A stretch of 64,000 bases of DNA from Nitrospirota bacterium (GTDB lineage Bacteria; Nitrospirota; Thermodesulfovibrionia; Thermodesulfovibrionales; JdFR-85). The stretch is from NCBI GenBank assembly GCA_015492645.1, contig WGER01000052.1:9974-73973 (forward strand), in the 5' to 3' direction. Under the pieces are notes generated by a model. That model was not told the DNA's origin. It saw only the letters and a program-made list of their open reading frames with translations, and ran no database searches. Positions 36,953-47,107 of the stretch are shown piece by piece; positions within the stretch are counted from its first letter, which is position 1; the number at the start of each line of letters is the position of its first letter. A program made the translations under genes and the position numbers.

Positions 36953-38257
36953 TTATCTCTTTACCAGCATCTTGGCAAGTCTTATCAACTGCACTATAGG
37001 CCTCTTGGCCGGACATACATATGTGCATGTACCGCACTCAAAACAGTCAAACAGGTTGTACTCCTTTGTATCCTCGTAGAAGCCCTTTTCAGAAAGGATA
37101 CTGAGCATAGAGGGTATCAACCCCATCGGACAGGCATCAATGCAACGACCACACCTGATGCACGCCCTGTAGGAGTCAGCAGATACATATTCAGCAGGAC
37201 TCAACACAAGGACACCTGAAGTCCCCTTTGTAACAGGCACATCAAGGCTGTACTGGGCAAAGCCCATCATTGGCCCACCCATCACGATCTTGACTGCCCT
37301 GTCGGCAAGACCACCCGCTGCCTCTATCAGTTCTCCTATAGGTGTCCCCACCCTTGTGAGGAAGTTGCCGGGTTCTTTTACTCCTCTGCCTGTCACCGTG
37401 ACCACCCTCTCTATAAGGGGCCTGCCGAATCTGCATGCCTCATAAATCGCATAGGAGGTGCCCACATTCTGTACAACTACACCCACATCCATGGGGAGCC
37501 CGCCTGCAGGTACCTCCCTGCCAGTTATAGCCTTGATCAGCATCTTTTCAGCACCCTGGGGATACTTCACCTGAAGGGCAACCACCTCTATCGGTTCCCC
37601 TTCGGCTGCCTCCCTCATTCTGTCAATCGCATCGGGCTTGTTGTTTTCAATCCCGATATATCCTTTCTCCACTCCAAGTATCCTCATTATGATCTTAAGA
37701 CCCTCAATAATCTCTCTGGGGCGTTCCACCATGAGTCTGTGGTCGGCTGTGAGATAGGGTTCACATTCTGCCCCATTAAGGATAACAACATCTATCGGTT
37801 TTTCCTTGGGAGGGGAGAGTTTTACATGGGTTGGGAAGGCTGCACCCCCCATGCCTACTATCCCTGCCCTCTGTATCCTCTCCTTCAGGACATCCGGAGG
37901 CCGGCTCAGGTACTCAGGGTCTTCCTCCAGTTCTATCCATTCATCCCTGCCATCGTTTTCTATCACAACTGCCGGTACAGGTCTGCCCATCGGATTTACA
38001 GTCTCAGATATCGAGAGGACCTTACCAGAGACAGAGGCATGCACTGCTGCCGAGACGAAACCGGTTGGCTCGGCTAATAACTGACCCCTTTTGACCTCCT
38101 GTCCTGCTGATACCACAGGCTTTGTGGGGGCACCGATATGCTGCACAAGTGGTATGGTCACCAGTTTTGGAGGTGTAAGGGGCTGGATCGGCTTTTTGTT
38201 GGAGAGTTCCTTGTGTTCTGGTGGATGAACGCCACCCCTGAAAGTCAAAAGTGCCAT
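36953..38257 (-). CDS. rnfC: Rnf complex subunit C
   Basis: The start is placed at the ATG 38257 (MALLTFRGGVHPPEHK...), preceded by AAGGAGGAAGA. Two ferredoxin motifs are present (CIRCGRCIDACP, CFECGTCTYVCP). The ORF-track extension to 38299 is encoded by the tandem repeat. Confidence 0.9.
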   Translation of the reverse strand: MALLTFRGGVHPPEHKELSNKKPIQPLTPPKLVTIPLVQHIGAPTKPVVSAGQEVKRGQLLAEPTGFVSAAVHASVSGKVLSISETVNPMGRPVPAVVIENDGRDEWIELEEDPEYLSRPPDVLKERIQRAGIVGMGGAAFPTHVKLSPPKEKPIDVVILNGAECEPYLTADHRLMVERPREIIEGLKIIMRILGVEKGYIGIENNKPDAIDRMREAAEGEPIEVVALQVKYPQGAEKMLIKAITGREVPAGGLPMDVGVVVQNVGTSYAIYEACRFGRPLIERVVTVTGRGVKEPGNFLTRVGTPIGELIEAAGGLADRAVKIVMGGPMMGFAQYSLDVPVTKGTSGVLVLSPAEYVSADSYRACIRCGRCIDACPMGLIPSMLSILSEKGFYEDTKEYNLFDCFECGTCTYVCPAKRPIVQLIRLAKMLVKR

Positions 38258-38266
38258 TCTTCCTCC

Positions 38267-38298
38267 TTCTGATACCGAAACATTCTGATACCGAAACA
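38267..38298. repeat. perfect 2 x 16-bp tandem direct repeat (TTCTGATACCGAAACA) abutting the rnfC SD
   Basis: Read directly: 38267-38282 is identical to 38283-38298. On the minus strand this reads TGTTTCGGTATCAGAA x2, followed by GGAGGAAGA-ATG. Confidence 0.9.
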
Positions 38299-38461
38299 AT
38301 AAGAGTGTAGTAACTTTAAACCTTCAGGTTTAAAAAGCCTATAAGTAATAACATTAAAGTTGAGCAAAAGTCAACCCCTAATTTGAGCCCCAAAATTGCC
38401 ATTCGACCGTAGTCAGTAGACAGTCATTCCTAAACGACAAATCCGGCTGTCCTAGATAAAT

Positions 38462-38491
38462 TTGACAACGTTTTTAAGTAAAGAATATAAT
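38462..38491 (+). promoter_or_regulatory. sigma70 promoter for trxA (TTGACA-18-TATAAT)
   Basis: Consensus hexamers at 38462-38467 and 38486-38491. The 5' UTR contains the palindrome GGCTGTC-T-GACAGCC (38518-38532) and the SD AGGAGG. Confidence 0.55.
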
Positions 38492-38557
38492 AAAATTTCT
38501 GCAAGCCTGGTTCCAATGGCTGTCTGACAGCCTGAAATAAAATACAGGAGGTATGAG

Positions 38558-38890
38558 ATGGCAGAGGGTATCGTTGAGGTGAACTCTTCAACCTGGGATC
38601 AGGAGGTGCTGAAGGCAGATGGACTGGTTATGGTGGACTTCTGGGCTGTATGGTGTGGGCCCTGCAGGATGATCGCCCCTACTGTTGAGGAGATAGCAAA
38701 GGAATATGCAGGTAAACTGAAGGTGTGCAAACTGAATACAGACGAAAATCCAGACGTAGCCAGTAGATATAAGATTATGGGTATTCCCACATTGATGTTC
38801 TTCAAGAATGGCCAGAAGGTTGACCAGATTGTAGGCGCTGTCCCAAAGTCTCAACTCAAGGCGAAGATAGACCAGTTACTCAGTTCATAG
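38558..38890 (+). CDS. trxA: thioredoxin
   Basis: 110 aa; active site WAVWCGPC. Confidence 0.92.
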   Translation: MAEGIVEVNSSTWDQEVLKADGLVMVDFWAVWCGPCRMIAPTVEEIAKEYAGKLKVCKLNTDENPDVASRYKIMGIPTLMFFKNGQKVDQIVGAVPKSQLKAKIDQLLSS

Positions 38891-38895
38891 AGATT

Positions 38896-39396
38896 ATGAA
38901 GAGGACCCTCTTAGTTCTTACACTGCTGATCACTCTTGTTTACTCCTGCGAGAGGGGTAACAGAGCGGCGGTAGAGGGAAAACCTGCTCCTGAGTTTACA
39001 TTACAGGACATAAGTGGAGATAGGATAAGCCTTTCAGATTTTAGGGGGAAGGTGGTCCTTGTGGAGTTCTGGGCTACATGGTGTCCTCCCTGTAGACTCT
39101 CTGTACCTGAACTACAACATCTACAGAAAGAGTTTTCTGGAAAGGACCTGGTAATACTCGGTATAAGCATGGACAACGGGGATGATGTTAGAGAAAGGCT
39201 TAAGGAATTTATAAATGAGTATAATGTGAGTTACAGGGTCCTTATTGATGATGGAGAGGTGAGCAGGAGGTATGGGATTGTGAGTATACCCACAATATTT
39301 CTACTCGACAGGGAACTGAGAGTGGCAAAGAAAGTAATGGGATACTACGAGGGTCTTGAGGACTCACTCAAAAAAGAGATAGAGGCACTGCTCTGA
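38896..39396 (+). CDS. TlpA/ResA-like periplasmic thiol:disulfide oxidoreductase lipoprotein
   Basis: 166 aa. Lipobox LVYSC and thioredoxin-fold motif FWATWCPPC. Confidence 0.8.
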   Translation: MKRTLLVLTLLITLVYSCERGNRAAVEGKPAPEFTLQDISGDRISLSDFRGKVVLVEFWATWCPPCRLSVPELQHLQKEFSGKDLVILGISMDNGDDVRERLKEFINEYNVSYRVLIDDGEVSRRYGIVSIPTIFLLDRELRVAKKVMGYYEGLEDSLKKEIEALL

Positions 39397-40721
39397 TGTT
39401 TGATGCATTAAGTGACAGATTAGAGGAAGTATTCAGGAAACTGAAGGGTAAGGGATACCTGAAAGAAGAGGACGTAGATGTTGCTCTGCGGGAGATAAGG
39501 CTTGCCCTGCTGGAGGCCGATGTACACTTCAGGGTTGTGAAGGGGTTCATCTCAAGGGTGAAAGAGAAGGCGATAGGCAGGGAAGTCCTGAAGAGTCTTA
39601 CCCCAGGACAACAGGTGGTAAAGATAGTGCACGAGGAGTTGATTGAACTTCTTGGAGGCAGTGCAGAAAAGATTCATCTCTCGCCAAATCCTCCTACGGT
39701 GATCATGATGGTGGGGCTACATGGCTCGGGTAAGACCACCACTGCTGCAAAACTCGCCTACTATTTTAACCGTCAGGGTAGAAGGCCCGCGCTTGTGGCA
39801 GCAGACCTGCAAAGGCCTGCTGCTGTAGAGCAATTAATTACCTTGGGGGCTCAAATTAACATACCGGTATTCACCAAAAAGGATACAAAGGACCCGGTAG
39901 TGGTCTCCAAGGAGGCGATTTCGTGGTCAAGGGAAAATGCCAGGGACATCCTGATACTTGATACAGCAGGCCGTCTCCATATCGATGAGTCCCTAATGGA
40001 GCAGTTGAAGAATATCAAGCAGGCAGTCAGTCCTACAGAGACACTCCTGGTGGCTGACGCCATGACAGGGCAGGATGCGGTGAATATAGCAAAGAGTTTC
40101 AACGAGGAGATAGGTATTGACGGGGTAATCCTCACAAAGATGGACGGTGATGCAAGGGGTGGTGCTGCCCTTTCTATCCGTTCAGTTACAGGAAAGCCCA
40201 TCAAGTTTATGGGTGTTGGAGAGAAGATCGATATGCTTGAACCCTTCCATCCTGACAGGGTGGCCTCCAGAATACTCGGGATGGGAGATGTACTCAGCCT
40301 GATTGAGAAGGCCCAGCAGACAGTCACAGAAACAGAAGCAGAAAAACTCCAGAAGAAGATCCTTGAGGAGAGTTTTGACCTGGAAGACCTTAGGGAGCAA
40401 CTGAGGAAAATAAGATCAATGGGGCCACTGGAAAACCTCCTCTCTATGATACCGGGCATAGGCAAACAGTTGAAGAATATCAAGGTAGACGAAAGAGAGT
40501 TTAAGAGAATAGAGGCTATCATAAATTCTATGACACCAAAGGAGAGGAAGTACCCCCATATTATAAATGGTAGTAGAAAGAAGAGGATCGCAAGAGGAAG
40601 TGGCACCTCAGTAGCAGATGTAAACAGGCTCCTTAAGCAGTATAAAGAGATGAAGAGGATGCTGAAGATGTTCAAAGGGGGGAAGGGGATGCCGAGACTA
40701 CCGAGGTTTATCCCCTTCTGA
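39396..40721 (+). CDS. ffh: signal recognition particle protein Ffh
   Basis: 441 aa. NG domain GTPase motifs GLHGSGKTTT, DTAGR and TKMDGD. Met-rich M domain. The ATG overlaps the preceding TGA (TGATG). Confidence 0.95.
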   Translation: MFDALSDRLEEVFRKLKGKGYLKEEDVDVALREIRLALLEADVHFRVVKGFISRVKEKAIGREVLKSLTPGQQVVKIVHEELIELLGGSAEKIHLSPNPPTVIMMVGLHGSGKTTTAAKLAYYFNRQGRRPALVAADLQRPAAVEQLITLGAQINIPVFTKKDTKDPVVVSKEAISWSRENARDILILDTAGRLHIDESLMEQLKNIKQAVSPTETLLVADAMTGQDAVNIAKSFNEEIGIDGVILTKMDGDARGGAALSIRSVTGKPIKFMGVGEKIDMLEPFHPDRVASRILGMGDVLSLIEKAQQTVTETEAEKLQKKILEESFDLEDLREQLRKIRSMGPLENLLSMIPGIGKQLKNIKVDEREFKRIEAIINSMTPKERKYPHIINGSRKKRIARGSGTSVADVNRLLKQYKEMKRMLKMFKGGKGMPRLPRFIPF

Positions 40722-40784
40722 GGTATTTGAAAAAAAAACAGATGAGGAATTATAATTTTAATATACTATTAGTGGAGGTAGATA

Positions 40785-41021
40785 GTGGTTAGGATCAGAC
40801 TTACTCGGATGGGTGCGAGAAACAGACCCTTCTACAGAGTGGTGGTAGCAGATTCAAGGGCAAGAAGAGATGGCCCCTTTATTGAGATGCTCGGTTATTA
40901 TGATCCATTGAAGGACCCCCCAGAGGTAAAGATTGACCCGGAGCGGGTTAAATACTGGCTGGAGCGAGGAGCCCAACCAAGTGATTCTGTCAAGAGGTTA
41001 CTGCAGAGGGCTGGCCTTTAG
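40785..41021 (+). CDS. rpsP: 30S ribosomal protein S16
   Basis: 78 aa; [30 protein letters not shown]... GTG start with SD GGAGGT. Confidence 0.95.
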   Translation: MVRIRLTRMGARNRPFYRVVVADSRARRDGPFIEMLGYYDPLKDPPEVKIDPERVKYWLERGAQPSDSVKRLLQRAGL

Positions 41022-41053
41022 GCAGCCGAATCAAATCTTATGGAGGTGGTTAA

Positions 41054-41284
41054 ATGAAAGAGTTGGTGGAAACGATGGTGAAAGCACTGGTGGACAGACC
41101 TGAAGAGGTTAATGTGAAAGAGGTGGATGGTGAGAGGACCACTGTCTTCGAGTTGAGGGTTGCACCCAGTGACCTCGGGAAGGTGATTGGCAAACAGGGT
41201 AAAACAGCAAGGGCCATGAGAACAATACTCTCCGCAGCGGGTACCAAGATAGGGAAACGCTGCGTTTTAGAGATACTTGAATAA
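41054..41284 (+). CDS. KH-domain RNA-binding protein (YlqC/KhpA family)
   Basis: 76 aa. KH GxxG loop in [20 protein letters not shown]. Canonical position after rpsP. Confidence 0.85.
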   Translation: MKELVETMVKALVDRPEEVNVKEVDGERTTVFELRVAPSDLGKVIGKQGKTARAMRTILSAAGTKIGKRCVLEILE

Positions 41285-41406
41285 TTGAGCGCTGGGGACT
41301 CGGCTTGCCCCGGGTCCTTTCTCCCTTTTACATTCCCCAGTCCAGAAGATCTGTCCGCCTCCAATAAGTCTGCTATCTTCTTTCTAAGTCCTTTGATATT
41401 GTATTA

Positions 41407-42576
41407 TTGAGTTTAATGAGAGTGGCTATTGTGATCGTTTCTATGCTTGGGGTTTTTGCCAGTATCGGGCTCGGACGATTTGCCCTTGGTATGTTACTCC
41501 CATCCATGTCAAAATCACTTGGTCTGAGTTATTCACAGATGGGGCTGTTGAGTACACTTAATTTTTTTGGTTATTTACTTACCGCCCTGGCAAGTGGAAT
41601 GATCTTGAGGTATGGAGGAACTCAATTAACAGTCTTTTTATCTCTGCTGGTAGCCGGTCTATCCATGTACTTTATTGGTGAAACTGAGACCTTCCTGATA
41701 ATCTGCCTCCTGTACACCTTAACAGGGCTCGGAAGCGGCTCTTCAAATGTCCCCTTGATGGGCCTCGTGACACAGTGGTTCGAATCCAGGAAGAGAGGGA
41801 TGATAGCAGGTATTCTGGTTAGTGGAGGTGCCATGGGGATAGTCCTTAGCAGTATTGCCGTGCCTTACATGAATAAACTCAACCCTGTCTACGGGTGGAA
41901 GAGGGGGTGGCAATTTTTTGGACTCCTTGTAATCTTAGTCTCATTTCTTGCCTTTTTATTCATCAGAGACCGTGTTTCCTTAAGGAACGGGAACGTCAGA
42001 AGAATGACCAGAGAGGTATTCAATGGTGACGTCCTGCTTACCTTTGGTTTGTATTTCCTCTTCGGGTTCAGTTACGTGGTATACATAACCTTTCTCGTCT
42101 CTTTTCTTGTCAATGAATGTGGTATGTCAGAACCTGAAGCCGGTAAGTACTGGTTATGGGTCGGCCTTTTGAGTTTACTGGCCGGTCCTGTTTTTGGGAC
42201 AATGTCGGACAGGGTGGGAAGAGCCAGGACACTAATGATGGTCTTTTTCTCCCAAAGCATCGCCTATTCATTGATTGCATTGAAACTCCTTTTTCCATGG
42301 GGAATCATCCTCTCCATTGCTCTCTTTGGTCTTGTATCCCTCAGTATTCCATCTATAGTTGCGGCCTTAATTGGTGATATAGTGGGTTCTAAGATGGCTT
42401 CATCGGTATTTGGATTGGCAACATTTGTCTTCGGGCTGGGCCAGATTGGTGGACCTTTTATAGCAGGCATTGTATCAGACCTGATAGGTTCCTTAAGGGC
42501 TGGATTCAGTATAGCAACCATATCGGCACTGCTGGCAGTATCATGGAGTTTTATGTTGTGGCGAAGGGGATATTAG
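41407..42576 (+). CDS. MFS transporter
   Basis: 389 aa, about 12 hydrophobic helices with a central loop. The inter-helix motif ...MSDRVGRARTLMM... is MFS-like. Confidence 0.75.
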   Translation: MSLMRVAIVIVSMLGVFASIGLGRFALGMLLPSMSKSLGLSYSQMGLLSTLNFFGYLLTALASGMILRYGGTQLTVFLSLLVAGLSMYFIGETETFLIICLLYTLTGLGSGSSNVPLMGLVTQWFESRKRGMIAGILVSGGAMGIVLSSIAVPYMNKLNPVYGWKRGWQFFGLLVILVSFLAFLFIRDRVSLRNGNVRRMTREVFNGDVLLTFGLYFLFGFSYVVYITFLVSFLVNECGMSEPEAGKYWLWVGLLSLLAGPVFGTMSDRVGRARTLMMVFFSQSIAYSLIALKLLFPWGIILSIALFGLVSLSIPSIVAALIGDIVGSKMASSVFGLATFVFGLGQIGGPFIAGIVSDLIGSLRAGFSIATISALLAVSWSFMLWRRGY

Positions 42577-42719
42577 AGATATGGTGGGACAATAGATACC
42601 CTTTATCTGGTAGCATTATAACACTTCACGGAGATTATCCCTGATCCAACCTGAATTTGCCCGGATCCTTGTAAGTAGAGTATAATTAAAGGGTCTTCAC
42701 TCTACTATGTTGACCCCAC

Positions 42720-45152
42720 ATGGAAGACGGAGGTCCAATGCTCAATGTTATAAGCATAGAAGAGGAGATGAAGCATAGTTATCTTGACTATGCAATGAGC
42801 GTCATTATAGGCAGGGCACTTCCTGATGTGAGGGATGGTCTGAAACCCGTCCAGAGAAGAATACTCTATGCAATGTTTAGGGAAGGCCTTCTCCCCGGTC
42901 GTAGGTACTCCAAATGTGCAGGTGTTGTTGGGGAGGTCTTGAAGAAGTATCATCCACATGGTGATTCTGCCGTTTACGATGCCTTGGTTAGGCTTGCCCA
43001 GGATTTCAATATGAGATATCCCCTGATAGACGGCCAGGGCAACTTCGGGTCTGTAGATGGAGATCCCCCGGCCGCTTATCGTTATACCGAGGCACGTCTG
43101 GCCAGGATTGCAGAGGAGTTACTGAGAGATATAGACAAGGAGACTGTAGACTTTGTACCAAACTTTGATGAGACAACGACAGAGCCTGTTGTCCTCCCCA
43201 CAAGGGTCCCCAACCTGATTATTAACGGGGCCTCAGGTATAGCCGTTGGTATGGCGACAAACATTCCTCCCCACAACCTCTCAGAGGTAGTAGATGCCCT
43301 TTTGCTACTGATAGATAAACCTGATGCAACTGTTCATGAACTGATGGAGAAGGTGAAGGGGCCGGACTTCCCAACAGGTGGCGTTATCCACGGTGTAGAG
43401 GGTATCAAAGAGGCCTACACACATGGCAGAGGGACCATCAGGATAAGGGCAAAGGCGAGAATTGAGAGAACTCCTAAGGGTGCTGAGCAGATTATTATTA
43501 CAGAGATCCCCTTCCAGGTGAATAAGGCGAGGCTGATTGAGAAGATAGCATCACTGGTAAAGGAGAAGAAGATAGAGGGGATCAGCGAGATAAGGGATGA
43601 GTCCGACAGAGATGGTATAAGAGTGGTGTTGGAATTAAAAAGGGGGGAGATGCCCCAGGTGATACTCAACCAACTCTACAAGCACACCCATATGGAGACC
43701 ACCTTTGGGATCATTATGCTCGCCCTTGTAGGGGGACAACCCAGGATTATGAGTCTGAGGAGGATGCTGAACCACTTCCTGCAACACCGAAGAGAGGTCG
43801 TCCTCAGAAGGACGAGATTTGACCTGAGAAAGGCAGAAGAAAAGGCCCATATCCTTGAAGGACTAAAAATAGCCCTTGATTACTTAGATGAGATAATAAA
43901 TCTCATCAGGGCCTCTTCAACCCCTGAGGAGGCCAAACTCTCCCTCATAAGCCGTTACCCCCTTACAGAGATACAGGCTCAGGCAATCCTTGACATGAGG
44001 CTCCAGAGGCTTACCGGTCTTGAAAGAGAAAAGATAGTCAAGGATTACGAGGAGACCATAAAAGAGATCGAGCGTCTGAAAGAGATCCTTCAAAGCGAGA
44101 CACTGGTAAACCAGATCATCAGAGATGAACTTATAAATATAAAGCAACAATATGGAGACTCGAGGAGAACCGAGATTGTGGAAGAGGTGAAGGAGATCAC
44201 CATTGAAGACCTTATAACAGAGGAGGATATGGTCATAACGATTACACATTCAGGATATATAAAGAGGACCCCTCTCAGTGAATACAGAAGTCAAAGGAGG
44301 GGCGGGAAGGGCCTTTCAGGAATGGAGACAAAGGCAGAGGATTATGTGGAGAACCTCTTTATCGGCTCCACCCACGATTATATTCTACTCTTTACCAACA
44401 GGGGGAGACTTTACTGGCTGAAGGTCTATCAGATATCAGAAGCCGGCCGGTCCTCCAGGGGTAAGGCGATTGTGAATCTGCTCCCACTGCAAGAGGACGA
44501 AAAGGTGACCACAGCCTTCTCGGTGAAGGATTTTTCAGAGGGATATCTGGTGATGTTTACAAAGAATGGGATAGTAAAAAAGACACCCCTGAGCGATTTC
44601 GGAAATCCGAGGTCAAAGGGCATAATCGCCATAGGCTTAGATGAGGGTGATGAATTGATCGCGGTGAGGAGAACAACCGGTACAAACGACCTTCTGATTG
44701 GCACCAGTAAGGGGTTTGTGATAAGGTTCCGGGAGGAGGACGTAAGACCGATGGGAAGAACTGCAAAGGGAGTAAAAGGGATAACCCTGAGAGGTGATGA
44801 CAGGGTGGTCTCTGCTGAGGTCCTTCGTGAAGAGGCATCACTGCTTACTGTAACCGAGAAAGGGTATGGAAAGAGGACGCCAGTAAAGGAGTATCCCCTG
44901 CATGGCAGAGGGGGCAAGGGTGTGATCTCAATAAAGGTGAGTGAGAAGACGGGCAATGCCATCGGGATACTACAGGTGGATGAGGAAGATGAGGTGGTGC
45001 TCCTCTCCATGACCGGCAAACTGATAAGGATAAGGGCGTCAAATATACCCCAGATGGGGAGAAATACAAGGGGGGTAAAACTGATGGATATAGGTGAGGA
45101 TGACAGGTTGGTGAGCATAGGCAGAGTGGAGGAAAATGGGGCTGTTCAATGA
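42720..45152 (+). CDS. gyrA: DNA gyrase subunit A
   Basis: 810 aa. ...[33 protein letters not shown]..., active-site Tyr region [10 protein letters not shown], and C-terminal beta-pinwheel repeats. The start may be the ATG six codons downstream (MLNVISIEE...). Confidence 0.95.
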   Translation: MEDGGPMLNVISIEEEMKHSYLDYAMSVIIGRALPDVRDGLKPVQRRILYAMFREGLLPGRRYSKCAGVVGEVLKKYHPHGDSAVYDALVRLAQDFNMRYPLIDGQGNFGSVDGDPPAAYRYTEARLARIAEELLRDIDKETVDFVPNFDETTTEPVVLPTRVPNLIINGASGIAVGMATNIPPHNLSEVVDALLLLIDKPDATVHELMEKVKGPDFPTGGVIHGVEGIKEAYTHGRGTIRIRAKARIERTPKGAEQIIITEIPFQVNKARLIEKIASLVKEKKIEGISEIRDESDRDGIRVVLELKRGEMPQVILNQLYKHTHMETTFGIIMLALVGGQPRIMSLRRMLNHFLQHRREVVLRRTRFDLRKAEEKAHILEGLKIALDYLDEIINLIRASSTPEEAKLSLISRYPLTEIQAQAILDMRLQRLTGLEREKIVKDYEETIKEIERLKEILQSETLVNQIIRDELINIKQQYGDSRRTEIVEEVKEITIEDLITEEDMVITITHSGYIKRTPLSEYRSQRRGGKGLSGMETKAEDYVENLFIGSTHDYILLFTNRGRLYWLKVYQISEAGRSSRGKAIVNLLPLQEDEKVTTAFSVKDFSEGYLVMFTKNGIVKKTPLSDFGNPRSKGIIAIGLDEGDELIAVRRTTGTNDLLIGTSKGFVIRFREEDVRPMGRTAKGVKGITLRGDDRVVSAEVLREEASLLTVTEKGYGKRTPVKEYPLHGRGGKGVISIKVSEKTGNAIGILQVDEEDEVVLLSMTGKLIRIRASNIPQMGRNTRGVKLMDIGEDDRLVSIGRVEENGAVQ

Positions 45153-46089
45153 TGTGATAGGGCATGACAGACAGAAGGACCTGCTTTTAAAGGCACACAG
45201 GAGACGGAGACTCGCCAGCAGTTACCTCTTCAGCGGAGAGGAGGGGATAGGGAAGAAGAGGTTTGCGATCGAATTTATAAAATTCCTTTACTGTATAGAC
45301 AGAGGAGGAGATAACGGGACAGACTCCTGTGGACTCTGCAGGGTCTGCAGGAACCTCCAGAATCTCAATCATCCTGACCTCCTACTTATAGAACCAGAAG
45401 GCACTATATCAATAGAAAAGGTGAGAGAGGCACAGGATTTTCTGAAAATGAGACCCCTAGAGGCACCTCTGAAGACACTTGTGGTGGACGATGCCGAAAC
45501 AATGACCCTTCAGGCAGCCAATGCCTTCCTGAAGACACTTGAGGAACCACCTCCACACAGCCTTATAATACTCATAAGCAGTCGTCCCTTCATGCTTCCC
45601 TCTACAGTGAGGTCAAGGTGTCTGAATATCTCGTTTCAATTGCTGTCTCAAGAGCAGACCGAAGAGGTCTTGAAAAGGGTGTTCCCTGAACTGACAGAAT
45701 CTGAGAGAATCTCGCTCAGCAGGCTGGTGATGGGCAGACCCGGTCTTGCTATGAAGATGAAGCCCCATCTGGAGGTGACAGAAGGGCTCTTAAAAGGGGA
45801 TGGCATATCTTCAGGAAGACTGAATAGAGAAGAGATATCTGAAATGATCGAAATACTCCGCACAATACTCAGAGATTTGCTGGTATACAGATGTACTGGA
45901 GAAGAGAGGTTGCTATTAAATTTAAACAACAAGAGACTGGTCAGAAGAGGCTCAAATACCATCACTACAACAGATATAATAGATGTGTATAATAACCTCT
46001 CTTTTATTAAAGAGAATCTACATTATAATCCAAACACGGCCTTGGTGCAGAACGTGATAGAAGTAGAAATAAGGAGACTATTGAAATGA
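45136..46089 (+). CDS. holB: DNA polymerase III delta' subunit
   Basis: 317 aa. AAA+-like N-terminus ([11 protein letters not shown]...[15 protein letters not shown]), Zn-module-like CGLCRVC, and SRC motif (STVRSRC). Confidence 0.8.
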   Translation: MGLFNDVIGHDRQKDLLLKAHRRRRLASSYLFSGEEGIGKKRFAIEFIKFLYCIDRGGDNGTDSCGLCRVCRNLQNLNHPDLLLIEPEGTISIEKVREAQDFLKMRPLEAPLKTLVVDDAETMTLQAANAFLKTLEEPPPHSLIILISSRPFMLPSTVRSRCLNISFQLLSQEQTEEVLKRVFPELTESERISLSRLVMGRPGLAMKMKPHLEVTEGLLKGDGISSGRLNREEISEMIEILRTILRDLLVYRCTGEERLLLNLNNKRLVRRGSNTITTTDIIDVYNNLSFIKENLHYNPNTALVQNVIEVEIRRLLK

Positions 46090-47105
46090 ACACCAAAGAA
46101 TCTACATGTACAAGAATCCTTGGGGTTAGATTCCGTCCCTGCGGTAAGGTCTTTTTCTTCAAGACAGAAGACCCGGATATAAAAGTGGGAGATAGGGTGG
46201 TAGTAGAGTCGATGTTTGGTCTGACCATCGGCACTGTGATCAAGGAAGTGGCTGATGAATCGGTGCAGGGCGAGATCAAGAGCATCATAAGGAAGGCATC
46301 AGAAGAAGACCTCAGGGCCGAAGCAGACAACAGAAACCTGGAGGAGGAGGCCTTTCGATTCTGTCTTGAGAGGATAAAGGCAAGGGGACTACCCATGAAA
46401 CTGGTCTCTACAGAGGTGATGCTCGACAGGAGAAGAATCGTCTTCTATTTCACTGCCGATGGAAGAATAGACTTTCGTGAACTTGTCAAGGACCTTGCAG
46501 CAAAGTACAAGACAAGGATAGAGATGAGGCAGATAGGGGTGAGGGATGAGGCAAAGGTGCTTGGAGGCCTTGGTGTCTGTGGAAGGCCCCTCTGTTGTTG
46601 TAGTTTCCTGGACAGTTTTGTTCCGATCTCCGTCAGGATGGCAAAGGAACAGCAGATCGTTCTAAACACTGCAAAATTGACAGGGGTATGTGGAAGGTTG
46701 ATGTGTTGTCTGAGTTATGAGTATGAAGGGACGATAGAGGGAGAAGACGAAATTGTAGTAGAATCAGAAGAGGGTGTCTTCTGTGAAGAATGTCCCTCTG
46801 ATACAGTCTCTTCTCTGCTTGACCAGGTGGTTGAGGAAACGGAGGAAGGGTCCGATACTGAGGTTCTTACCAGCTCGGATACTACCGATGTCCGAGAGAC
46901 CTCTACCCAGGTGGAGAGAGAGTTGCCAGAGGGGTCTCAACCTCATGAACCCTTAGGCCCCCAGCAGGAGCCACAAAGGGACAACAGGCAGCACGGACCA
47001 AAAACGGGTGGAGACACCCATGACGAGCACAGGAATAGAAAGGCCAGGTCAGAGAAGAGGAGACGAAGGAGAAAGAGAAAAAAGCACAAGAGGAGGAGGC
47101 ACTGA
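46086..47105 (+). CDS. PSP1/RicT (YaaT)-family protein with long acidic-then-polybasic C-terminal tail
   Basis: 339 aa. PSP1 core (...RIVFYFTADGRIDFRELVKDLAAKYKTRIEMRQIGVRDEAK...CGRPLCC...CGRLMCCLSYE). The tail ends RNRKARSEKRRRRRKRKKHKRRRH. Confidence 0.8.
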   Translation: MNTKESTCTRILGVRFRPCGKVFFFKTEDPDIKVGDRVVVESMFGLTIGTVIKEVADESVQGEIKSIIRKASEEDLRAEADNRNLEEEAFRFCLERIKARGLPMKLVSTEVMLDRRRIVFYFTADGRIDFRELVKDLAAKYKTRIEMRQIGVRDEAKVLGGLGVCGRPLCCCSFLDSFVPISVRMAKEQQIVLNTAKLTGVCGRLMCCLSYEYEGTIEGEDEIVVESEEGVFCEECPSDTVSSLLDQVVEETEEGSDTEVLTSSDTTDVRETSTQVERELPEGSQPHEPLGPQQEPQRDNRQHGPKTGGDTHDEHRNRKARSEKRRRRRKRKKHKRRRH

Positions 47106-47107
47106 GG

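Noticed and set aside
39851-40675. 274-aa ORF antisense to ffh
   Set aside because: Shadow ORF within ffh, Ser/Ile/Phe-rich and low complexity.
44429-45118. 229-aa ORF antisense to gyrA, plus other antisense ORFs at 5488..6081, 7342..7731 and 8131..8703
   Set aside because: All lie inside strongly supported genes on the other strand and lack RBS or motifs.
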